From an uncultured Gammaproteobacteria bacterium (GTDB lineage Bacteria; Patescibacteriota; Microgenomatia; Levybacterales; GWA1-39-11), in the NCBI GenBank assembly GCA_964452165.1, contig CAYVKP010000001.1, positions 490,729 through 554,728 on the forward strand: 64,000 nt of DNA. Reading direction: 5' to 3'. Made by a program: the position numbers and the translations under genes. Each line of letters starts with the position of its first letter. Positions within the stretch are counted from its first letter, which is position 1. Below the pieces are notes generated by a model that saw nothing but the letters and a program-made list of their open reading frames with translations, did no database searches and had not been told where the DNA came from. Shown here one piece after another: positions 49,353 to 57,943 of the stretch.

Positions 49353-51037
49353 GAAAATCAGAAGCAGCAAGATTTGGAATAGTTGGAGCAGTAGTCTTAA
49401 TTTTATACCTCGTCCTGACAGTAAGACTTTTTTATTGGCAAACAGTTCGCGCTGAGCATCTCTCGGATCTTGGAAAGCAACAAAGCTCTGAGACCTTAAA
49501 TGTGCCTGCAATTAGAGGTAAAATCCTATCAAGCGATAATTTTCCTCTTGCCGCAAACACTATCTCCTATATGTTGTATTCAAATCCCAAGCTAATTGAA
49601 GACAAGAAATACGTAGCTGACAAAATTGCTCCAATACTAAAGGAAGATTCGGCTTCGATTTCAGCACTCCTGTCACGAAATCTTTTCTGGGTTAAGCTAT
49701 CCCAGAACCTTGATGATACGGCAAAAAAACAGATAGACGATCTCAGGCTTAAGGGCTTGGGGTTTGAGCAAGAATATTCAAGGTTTTATCCTGAGGCCTC
49801 AATGGCAGCGCATTTAATTGGTTTTTTGGGTAGAGATGAAAATGGAGCTAGGAAAGGTTACTTTGGAGTAGAGGGGCAGTACAATGATCAGCTTTCAGGC
49901 CGAGACGGAGCAAGACATGCTATTCGCGATGCCTTGGGAAATCAAATACTAAATGACATTAGGGAAGATAAGAAAATTGACGGGAGGAATATTAGATTGA
50001 CAATAGATCGCTCCGTTCAATTCATTGTCGATCAGAAATTGTCCGATGGAGTCACGCGTTATAACGCAGATGGCGGAAGCGCCATTGTCATGGACTCGAA
50101 AACTGGTCAAATTTTGGCAATGGCATCTTATCCCGATTTTGATCCCAACAAATATTACGAACAAAATCCGGACATATATACAAATCCCGTACTTTCAGAG
50201 CTTTACGAACCGGGTTCAACTTTCAAAGTTTTGGTTATGGCATCGGCGTTAGACCAGAATCTTGTTACTCCTAATACCAGGTGTGATATTTGTGCGTCTT
50301 CTGTTCAGGTAGGTGAATATAAAATAAAAACCTGGAATGATCAATATTTTCCAAATACCACAATGGAACAGGTTATAGTCCACTCAGACAATACCGGCAT
50401 GGTATACGTTGGGAGAAAACTGGGCGTTTCAAGAATGGTTGATTATTTAACGCGTTTCGGTTTTGGGACGCCGACGGGTGTTGATCTACAGGGTGAGGCA
50501 ACGGGCATTGTCCGCGACAAAGATTCTTGGCATGAGATTGATTTGGCAACCTCTTCTTTCGGCCAGGGCATATCGGTTACTCCTATTCAGCTTATTACGG
50601 CAGTCAATTCAATTGCTAACAAAGGTCAACTAATGGCCCCTTACGTTGTTTCCCAAATCCTGACGGACGATGGAAGAACAATAGACATTAAACCAAAAAC
50701 TGAAACCCGTACGGTATCCGAGGCGGCAGCTTTGACAACCGCATCGATGATGGTTGATGCCGTTGAAAACGGTGAAGCAAAATGGACAAAAATTAATAAC
50801 TATCAAGTTGCCGGAAAGACCGGTACCGCTCAGATTCCGGTCGCGGGCCATTATGACCCAAATCAAACAGTAGCCTCATTCGTGGGTTTTTTTCCGGCGT
50901 ATAATCCCAAAGTCACCATGCTTGTGCTTCTGAATAGACCAAAGACCTCCATCTATGGGGCCGAAACAGCTGCGCCTATTTTTTTCTCGATTGCTCGTGA
51001 TCTCATAAAATACTATAATTTACCTTCCGATAAATAA
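49349..51037 (+). CDS. ftsI: Class B penicillin-binding protein (FtsI-like)
   Basis: RGKI, EPGSTFK (SxxK), SDN (SxN), KTGTAQ. Confidence 0.92.
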   Translation: MRKSEAARFGIVGAVVLILYLVLTVRLFYWQTVRAEHLSDLGKQQSSETLNVPAIRGKILSSDNFPLAANTISYMLYSNPKLIEDKKYVADKIAPILKEDSASISALLSRNLFWVKLSQNLDDTAKKQIDDLRLKGLGFEQEYSRFYPEASMAAHLIGFLGRDENGARKGYFGVEGQYNDQLSGRDGARHAIRDALGNQILNDIREDKKIDGRNIRLTIDRSVQFIVDQKLSDGVTRYNADGGSAIVMDSKTGQILAMASYPDFDPNKYYEQNPDIYTNPVLSELYEPGSTFKVLVMASALDQNLVTPNTRCDICASSVQVGEYKIKTWNDQYFPNTTMEQVIVHSDNTGMVYVGRKLGVSRMVDYLTRFGFGTPTGVDLQGEATGIVRDKDSWHEIDLATSSFGQGISVTPIQLITAVNSIANKGQLMAPYVVSQILTDDGRTIDIKPKTETRTVSEAAALTTASMMVDAVENGEAKWTKINNYQVAGKTGTAQIPVAGHYDPNQTVASFVGFFPAYNPKVTMLVLLNRPKTSIYGAETAAPIFFSIARDLIKYYNLPSDK

Positions 51038-51038
51038 G

Positions 51039-51161
51039 ATGAAGCACACGCGTAAAAAGATTTACTTTATGGGGCGGACCGATACCGCAAAGCGGGAGAG
51101 GGAGCCCGGCTGCGAGCGAAGCGAGACAGCGGGGGAGGGAGAGGGGTTTATCGCAAAATGA
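51039..51161 (+). other. 40-codon ORF carrying a duplicated murC start and a GC-rich hairpin insert
   Basis: MKHTRKKIYFMGRTDTAKREREPGCERSETAGEGEGFIAK*; starts 1 nt after the ftsI stop; its TGA overlaps the murC ATG. Confidence 0.55.
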
Positions 51162-51192
51162 AACTAAAGTATAAAAAGATTTACTTTATGGG
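51053..51192 (+). repeat. 21-bp perfect direct repeats flanking a 98-bp insert
   Basis: TAAAAAGATTTACTTTATGGG at 51053-51073 and 51172-51192. Confidence 0.9.
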
Positions 51193-52603
51193 AATAAAAG
51201 GTGTTGGAATGGCGACGCTTGCCGTAATGTGTAAGCAGGCCGGTTTTATAGTTGGCGGATCAGATATAGATCAGGAATTTATAACTGATAAGATTCTTAA
51301 AGACGCCGGAATTGAGGTAAAAATAGGCTTTAAGCAAGACAATGTGAGAGATTTTTTTGGCTCTAGCAATGCGGATTGCCTTTTTGTCGCAACAGGGGCT
51401 CACAGTGGATTTGATAATGAAGAAGCGAGGGAAGCAAAAAACCTGGGAATCAGAGTGATCTCACACGGTGAGGCAGTTGGCTACTTTATGAATGGTGAGC
51501 CCTTCGGCCGCTCTGACACTGAAGGAGTGTCAATTGCTGGAGCACACGGTAAAACGACGATATCGGGTATGGTAGCGACAGTTTTATCTGGGGCAAATCT
51601 TGACCCAAGTTTTACGGTTGGTACAAGCGAGATATTTCCCTTAGGGCCGGCCGGTCATTACGGACTCGGCCGTTATTTTGTCGCAGAAGCCGATGAGTAT
51701 CTATCCGAGTCAAATCATGACAGAACAGCAAAATTCCTACATCAAAAGCCCACAGCCTTAATCATAAACAATATAGATTTTGATCACCCGGATTTTTACA
51801 AAGATATAGAGGCTGTAGAAGAGGCGTATTTGGAATTTGCGCAAAACGTACCAGCAAATGGATTAATAGTTGCTAATGGTGATGATACCCACACTAAGAA
51901 TGTAATCACAAAGCTCACAACGGGTGTTCGCGTGGTAACGTTCGGTGCAGGCGAAAGTAATGACTTTGTAGTCTCGGGTTTTGTCCAGGAAGGTCCCATG
52001 TCTCACTTCACAGTAAAAAACAAAGATGTATTGATTGGGAGGTTCTCCCTCTCCGTCCCAGGCTACCATAATGCTAAAAACGCAACAGCCGTGATTGCGC
52101 TTCTGATTGAGCTTGGATTAGGAGTCGATAAGATAGGAAAAAATCTGCAAAACTTCCAAGGGACAAAAAGAAGAATGGAAATTGTGGGGAAAACCCAACA
52201 AGGACAAACCATAATAGATGACTATGCTCACCACCCTGAGGAGATCAGTAAAACGCTTTCAGCTTTAAAACTCGAGTATCCCGGGAGCAAAATTGTTACC
52301 GTCTTTCAATTTCATACATTTTCAAGAACCAAAGCTTTATTTGATAGTTTTGTCTCAAGTTTTTCCCAAGCCTCAAAAATTATTATCGTTCCAACCTTCG
52401 CCTCACAAAGAGACGAGGCGGCAGAGGAGAACTACGACAAAAAGATGGTTGATGCTCTTGTTGGAATAGGAAAAGAGGCTATACTTATGCCTGCTGATAG
52501 TGTGGTAGAATACGTAAACGCAAATCTAAACTCGCCCAATGTTATCATTTTGACGATGGGTGCAGGAGACGTTTATAGGATAGGATACAAGCTAAAAATC
52601 TAA
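51158..52603 (+). CDS. murC: UDP-N-acetylmuramate-L-alanine ligase
   Basis: GIKGVGM, GSD, GAHGKTT, EADEY, DHPD, DDYAHHPEEI, HTFSRT, MGAGD. Confidence 0.93.
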   Translation: MKLKYKKIYFMGIKGVGMATLAVMCKQAGFIVGGSDIDQEFITDKILKDAGIEVKIGFKQDNVRDFFGSSNADCLFVATGAHSGFDNEEAREAKNLGIRVISHGEAVGYFMNGEPFGRSDTEGVSIAGAHGKTTISGMVATVLSGANLDPSFTVGTSEIFPLGPAGHYGLGRYFVAEADEYLSESNHDRTAKFLHQKPTALIINNIDFDHPDFYKDIEAVEEAYLEFAQNVPANGLIVANGDDTHTKNVITKLTTGVRVVTFGAGESNDFVVSGFVQEGPMSHFTVKNKDVLIGRFSLSVPGYHNAKNATAVIALLIELGLGVDKIGKNLQNFQGTKRRMEIVGKTQQGQTIIDDYAHHPEEISKTLSALKLEYPGSKIVTVFQFHTFSRTKALFDSFVSSFSQASKIIIVPTFASQRDEAAEENYDKKMVDALVGIGKEAILMPADSVVEYVNANLNSPNVIILTMGAGDVYRIGYKLKI

Positions 52604-52610
52604 GATCGCT

Positions 52611-53951
52611 ATGAAGAAATATATTATAAAGGGTGGAGATAATCTTGAGGGATCAATTGCGGTGTCGGGGGCCAAAAACGTTGTGTTGCCGGCATTAGTC
52701 GCAGCCTGTCTCACGGAAGAAGAGGTAGAGCTCAAGAATGTTCCGTTGATTGCGGATTTTTTCGTCATGATTGATCTTATCCGCGAGATAGGCGGAGACG
52801 TTGAGGTAAAAGGGCACAGTGTAAAAATAAAAGTTGCCGAGGTTGAACAGACAAAAATTCCCCTTGATGCCGGCGCCAAGATCAGAACATCTTCCATGTT
52901 TGTCGCTCCGCTTCTTGCAAGAGCAAAAGAAGCATTTATTCCAAATCCGGGCGGCTGTAGAATTGGGGCAAGACCAATAGATCGTCATATAGAGGGACTT
53001 GAGGCAATGGGTGTTTCATCTGTTTATAGGAGTGAAGACGGATATTTTCATCTAAAAACAGGAGGACTTGAGGGGGCAAGATATAAATTCACAAAAAATA
53101 CACACACAGGCACAGAAGTTCTCATAATGGCAGCAGTTTTGGCAAAAGGACAGACCGTTATTGAAAACGCGGCGCAAGAGCCGGAGGTTGACGATCTTAT
53201 CGCTCTACTTTCAGAAATGGGGGCCGATATTAAAAGGAGCGAGGCGCGCACTATAGTTATAAACGGAGTTGAGAAGCTGCATGGCACATCTTACAGTATC
53301 ATGCCGGACCGCAACGAAGTTGTAACGTTTGCGGTTCTCTCGGCGCTAACCGGTGGGAAAATTCTTATTGAAAACGTTCAGGAAGATCACATAGGCGGAT
53401 TTCTGGAATTATTTAGGCAGGCCGGTGGATCATGGGAGAAAGTTGGTAGGGCAGTGAGATTCTATGTCAAAGACGGTATTAAGCCGACAGATGTGGCAAC
53501 TGCTCCTCACCCGGGATTTATGACCGACTGGCAAGGCCCGTGGGCCGTCTTTATGACTCAGGCCAACGGTGAGTCTACGATCCATGAGACCGTTTATGAA
53601 AGCAGATTTGGGTATGTAGATGAGCTCAAAAAAATGGGAGCAGAACTGGAGTTTTATGAGCCAAAAGTTGACAGACCATCGGAGTTTTACAACTTCAACT
53701 ATGAAGATCATGACAAAGATGTTAAACAGGGACTTAGGATTCACGGAGCAACCCCTTTGCACAATGGAGTTTTAAATATCTCGGATCTTCGGGCGGGGGC
53801 AACTCTTGTGATTGGTTCGCTTCTTGCTAAAGGGGAGAGCATAATTCATGGAATTGAGTATCTCGAACGTGGTTACGAAGATTTCGATGCCAGGCTGCGA
53901 GGTCTTGGGGCAAAAGTTGAAATGGTTGGCGAAGAGGAGATGGAGGGCTAA
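52611..53951 (+). CDS. murA: UDP-N-acetylglucosamine 1-carboxyvinyltransferase
   Basis: SGAKN, PGGCRIGARPID (active-site Cys), NAAQEPE, PGFMTD, DLRAG, RGYE. Confidence 0.95.
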   Translation: MKKYIIKGGDNLEGSIAVSGAKNVVLPALVAACLTEEEVELKNVPLIADFFVMIDLIREIGGDVEVKGHSVKIKVAEVEQTKIPLDAGAKIRTSSMFVAPLLARAKEAFIPNPGGCRIGARPIDRHIEGLEAMGVSSVYRSEDGYFHLKTGGLEGARYKFTKNTHTGTEVLIMAAVLAKGQTVIENAAQEPEVDDLIALLSEMGADIKRSEARTIVINGVEKLHGTSYSIMPDRNEVVTFAVLSALTGGKILIENVQEDHIGGFLELFRQAGGSWEKVGRAVRFYVKDGIKPTDVATAPHPGFMTDWQGPWAVFMTQANGESTIHETVYESRFGYVDELKKMGAELEFYEPKVDRPSEFYNFNYEDHDKDVKQGLRIHGATPLHNGVLNISDLRAGATLVIGSLLAKGESIIHGIEYLERGYEDFDARLRGLGAKVEMVGEEEMEG

Positions 53952-55210
53952 TGCAGGCAGTAATTCTTGCGGCCGGTCTTTCGAGCCGCTTTCATCCTTT
54001 TAACTTGGTTCACAAGTCGCTGATTCCCGTGTTGGGTGAACCTCTCGTTGTTCATACTATAAGGTCTATCAAAAAAGCCGGAATTACAAGCGTGGTAATC
54101 GTTACCGGAAAGAATAACTTCTTTCAGCAGGTCTTGGGGGATGGTAAAAAATTTGGCGTTAAAATTAATTATTCGGTTTTACCCGAGCCTACGGGAATGG
54201 GGGACGGCCTTCTCGTTGCACAAAAACACATAAAATCGGATTTTTTTCTTTTAAATCCTCAACACGTAGAATTCGATATTTTGAAGGAAGACTTGGATAA
54301 AAAGAAGGGTACGAATAGCAATGTTGTACTTCTTGGCGTAGAAGGCGCGGCCGGTGCAAAGTATGGAGCGATCAAGATAGACGGAGACCGCGTCTTGGAG
54401 GTTGCGGAAAAGCCCAATGACGATAAAAAATTCTCCAACCTAAGGATTGTAGGAGTTTACTTTCTTAACCAAGAATTTATGAAAGTTCTTGGGAAAATTA
54501 AATCCGAACACTACAGTTTTGAAAAAGCCCTTGATAAATATGCAAAACAGGGGAATGTGCGTGTCTCAACAACAGATAAGCCTATATTAACGCTCAAGTA
54601 TCCATGGGACGTATTGAGCATTAAGGATTATCTGATAGGAAAAATCAAAAAGAGAATTTCTTCAAAATCTCACATCTCAAAACACGCGATAATCACTGGA
54701 GACGTCGTGATTGAGGATGGTGCGCACATTATGGAAAACGCAGTTATTAAGGGGCCATCATATATTGGAAAAAACGTTTATGTTGGAACAAATGCCCTGA
54801 TTCGTGACAACAGCGACATTGAAGAAAACGCAAAAATAGGGGCGTACATGGAAGTTAGAGGGTCTCTTGTTATGTCGGGTGTTACTACTCACTCGGGGTT
54901 TATTGGGGATTCGGTAATTGGTACAAATACCAAGATAGGAGCACTTTTTGGAACAGCAAATGTGAGACTCGATAGACAAAACGTTAAAAGTGTCTACGAA
55001 GACACAAAGAATGATACCGGATTTAGGGCGCTTGGTACAATAATCGGTGAGAAAGGGGTTATAGGAGAGCGAGTTTCCACAATGCCGGGCGTTGTCATTG
55101 GAAATAATGTTCAGATAGGTCCATCAACAACGGTTATGAAAAACATTCCCTCAGATACTACCTTTTATACAAAGTTTGCAGAGGTTGTTGAGAAAAAGTC
55201 AGGTTCATAA
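53951..55210 (+). CDS. Bifunctional sugar-1-phosphate nucleotidyltransferase/acetyltransferase (archaeal-type GlmU-like)
   Basis: QAVILAAGLSSRF, EKP, YPWDVL, C-terminal LbH with GDSVIG, TANVRLD, LGTIIG. Confidence 0.8.
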   Translation: MQAVILAAGLSSRFHPFNLVHKSLIPVLGEPLVVHTIRSIKKAGITSVVIVTGKNNFFQQVLGDGKKFGVKINYSVLPEPTGMGDGLLVAQKHIKSDFFLLNPQHVEFDILKEDLDKKKGTNSNVVLLGVEGAAGAKYGAIKIDGDRVLEVAEKPNDDKKFSNLRIVGVYFLNQEFMKVLGKIKSEHYSFEKALDKYAKQGNVRVSTTDKPILTLKYPWDVLSIKDYLIGKIKKRISSKSHISKHAIITGDVVIEDGAHIMENAVIKGPSYIGKNVYVGTNALIRDNSDIEENAKIGAYMEVRGSLVMSGVTTHSGFIGDSVIGTNTKIGALFGTANVRLDRQNVKSVYEDTKNDTGFRALGTIIGEKGVIGERVSTMPGVVIGNNVQIGPSTTVMKNIPSDTTFYTKFAEVVEKKSGS

Positions 55211-55227
55211 TTACTGCCCCAATTGCA

Positions 55228-56841
55228 ATGGCGGGAATTTTATTTAACGTAACATCATTTTTATTTTTTCTGTCCCTTGCTAAGAGCTCAATTCTTTGGG
55301 TCAAAGCGTGGGAAGAAAACAATTTCACTTTCCGGAGATTTTTCATCTATTTAAAGGAAAATAGACGTGGAAGATCTCTCATGGTGGGTGTAGAAAGTAT
55401 TCTAAGGTGGATTGTCATTTTGGTTTATGGTGTAACCCTTTTTTCAAATAACTATGACAATATATACCACCTCTTAGTTTTTGGTTTTTACGTCTTTGTG
55501 ACTTTGGGGTTAGCAAAAAAGATTTACGATAAAGACATAAGCCTTCCAAGCTTTACTCCGGCAAATATAGCAATTATAGCGCTCGTACTGCTTCTTGAAT
55601 TTGTGTTCTACATTTTTTCTCCTCTTGATAAATTTCTGTGGTTCATGATTCTTGAGAAGCTACTTTCCGTATTCATATTAATTCTTGTTTTGTCGCTCGG
55701 CGTATTTTTTGATTTCAGCACTGATTTGGTTATAAACCAAGCCATCAAAAAAATTCAAAAGCACAAGAGACTTTTAACTATAGCCGTCGTTGGAAGTTAC
55801 GGGAGGGGTTCAACAAAAGAGTTTATCGCAAGAGTTCTGTCGCAAAGATACAATGTTTTGGAAACAAAAACGTCTTTTGACAACGCATCAGGAATTGCAA
55901 AAACGATTCTAAGTGGTTTAACTGCGAAGAAGCAAATTTTTATTGCTGAAATGGATGATTACAAAAAAGGTGACATAGGCGAAATGAGCGCTATCATTAA
56001 GCCCTCGATTGCGGTAGTTTGTGGAATTAATGAACAAAAAATGTCGGTCCTGGGATCAATTGATAATATCGTCTCTTCAAAATACGAATTGATAGAGGCA
56101 TTATCCAAAGATGCAGTTGCACTCTTCAATGGTAATAGCGAATATTCGGTTGATCTATACAATAAAACAAACGTCAAAAAATTTATCTACTCAGTTGAAA
56201 AGAAAGATAGCACGTCAGCCATAAGAGCAAGCAATATTAAGGAATCTAAGTTCGATGTGTCTTTTGATGTATATGTTTTGGGTAAGAAATATAAATTATC
56301 CGGAATAAAACTCTTGGGAGGGTATAACATAGAAAATCTTCTACCGGCAATTTTAATTGGAACATATGTAAGTATAGATTTTTCTCAGATTAAAAAAGCA
56401 CTTCTAGATATTAAGCCGCTCCCCGGAGCTATGAATCCAAGCAAAATTAGCAATGGGACCGTAGTCATAGATGATACCTACAACGCCAACATCAACTCAG
56501 TTTTAAGAGCCGTATCTTACACCTCAATTTATAAAGGTAAAAAGGTTATGGTTCTTGAACCTCTTCTTGGCCTCGGTAATTTTGCCGCTCGTGAGCATGA
56601 AGCCCTAGGACAGGAGATAGGAAAAGTGTGCGATTTTCTGTTTTTGACCAATGACAATTACTACAAGGGCATCTTGCAGGGAATCGCAGCAAGTAAATCT
56701 AAGTGTAGGGTGTATCGTGTGCCTCCGGCAAAAATTATCAATTTTATAAACACGCAATGCAAGGCGGAAGATGTAGTTGTATTTGAAGGACCCGGTGCCA
56801 AAAACAGTCTATCCTTCATTCGGAAAGACCCCATTTACTAG
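55228..56841 (+). CDS. TM-anchored MurF-like Mur ligase, degenerate motifs
   Basis: N-terminal TMs, then GSYGRGSTKE, FIAEM, IDDTYNAN, LG...H..LG; P-loop Lys and Thr altered. Confidence 0.7.
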   Translation: MAGILFNVTSFLFFLSLAKSSILWVKAWEENNFTFRRFFIYLKENRRGRSLMVGVESILRWIVILVYGVTLFSNNYDNIYHLLVFGFYVFVTLGLAKKIYDKDISLPSFTPANIAIIALVLLLEFVFYIFSPLDKFLWFMILEKLLSVFILILVLSLGVFFDFSTDLVINQAIKKIQKHKRLLTIAVVGSYGRGSTKEFIARVLSQRYNVLETKTSFDNASGIAKTILSGLTAKKQIFIAEMDDYKKGDIGEMSAIIKPSIAVVCGINEQKMSVLGSIDNIVSSKYELIEALSKDAVALFNGNSEYSVDLYNKTNVKKFIYSVEKKDSTSAIRASNIKESKFDVSFDVYVLGKKYKLSGIKLLGGYNIENLLPAILIGTYVSIDFSQIKKALLDIKPLPGAMNPSKISNGTVVIDDTYNANINSVLRAVSYTSIYKGKKVMVLEPLLGLGNFAAREHEALGQEIGKVCDFLFLTNDNYYKGILQGIAASKSKCRVYRVPPAKIINFINTQCKAEDVVVFEGPGAKNSLSFIRKDPIY

Positions 56842-56885
56842 CTTCCTTTAAAACGCACCAGCCAAGTGTTATAATCAATTTGTAT

Positions 56886-56901
56886 CCCCACGAAAGTGGG
56901 G
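56886..56901 (+). promoter_or_regulatory. GAAA-tetraloop hairpin in the mraY 5' leader
   Basis: CCCCAC-GAAA-GTGGGG between TGTTATAAT (56867-56875) and ATG 56909. Confidence 0.6.
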
Positions 56902-56908
56902 TTAAATT

Positions 56909-57913
56909 ATGGATCAGGTATTTGGATTCTCTATTTTGTCTCTCGTAATAACGGCTATTTTACTCGTGCCCTTTATAGATTTTTTGTATAAAATAAAGCT
57001 CCAGAAAACTGTTCATCACCTTGATATCTTCAACAAGGGCGTGAGAACTTTTGATAAGTTATCTTCTTGGAAAGTCGGGACTCCATTTGGTGGAGGTCTT
57101 TTGATCGTTTTCGTAGTAACAGTAATGACTTTGTGGGCCTATGGTCTTTTCAGGGTGGAGCTGAAATTTTGGGAGCTTTTTGCTCTTCTCTTCACCTTCG
57201 TAGGCTTCGGTTTACTGGGGTTTTATGATGACATCAAGAAGATATTCAAGAAGAATACCGGCTTTTTCGGCTTAAAACCACTTCACAAGCTTGCGATCCA
57301 ATGGATACTTGCTCTTATCGTGGGGCTGGTTATGTATTATCAGTTGGGCTACTCATTTGTATACGTGCACTTTATAGGGCAGGTCACTCTAGGCGTAGGA
57401 TATGTTTTGTTCGCGGCTTTTGTTATCGTCTCTTTTGCTAACGCAGTCAATGTTTCAGACGGAATGGACGGTCTATCAACAGGGCTCTTGATTATCTGCC
57501 TTGTTGCTTTTCTTGCAATGGCCGGATCAAATCTCGACAGTTTTGTGTCTCTATTCATAGCAACGCTCTTGGGTAGTGTAACAGCATTTTTATATTTCAA
57601 TATTTATAAAGCTAGGCTTTGGCTAGGCGACGTTGGTGCCTTATCTCTGGGAGCAGTTTTGGCGGTAATCGGACTCTTGACCGGTAAACCAATATCGGTT
57701 GCAATAATTGGTGGCGTTTTTGTTATAGAAATAGGGTCTTCTCTTGTGCAGATTTTGTCGAGAAAATTCTTAAATAAAAAAATCTTGCCGATTGCGCCGG
57801 CTCACTTTATTTTTCTCAAAAGAGGCTGGGAAGAACCAAAAGTTGTAATGCGCGCCTGGCTGCTCGGAGTAGTATTTGCTATTATAGGGCTATATATTGC
57901 CTTCCTCAGGTAG
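56909..57913 (+). CDS. mraY: Phospho-N-acetylmuramoyl-pentapeptide transferase
   Basis: GTPFGGG, GFYDD, NAVNVSDGMDGL, LGDVG, GWEEPKVV. Confidence 0.9.
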   Translation: MDQVFGFSILSLVITAILLVPFIDFLYKIKLQKTVHHLDIFNKGVRTFDKLSSWKVGTPFGGGLLIVFVVTVMTLWAYGLFRVELKFWELFALLFTFVGFGLLGFYDDIKKIFKKNTGFFGLKPLHKLAIQWILALIVGLVMYYQLGYSFVYVHFIGQVTLGVGYVLFAAFVIVSFANAVNVSDGMDGLSTGLLIICLVAFLAMAGSNLDSFVSLFIATLLGSVTAFLYFNIYKARLWLGDVGALSLGAVLAVIGLLTGKPISVAIIGGVFVIEIGSSLVQILSRKFLNKKILPIAPAHFIFLKRGWEEPKVVMRAWLLGVVFAIIGLYIAFLR

Positions 57914-57943
57914 ATTCGTTAAACTTATTTTCATACTCCAATT

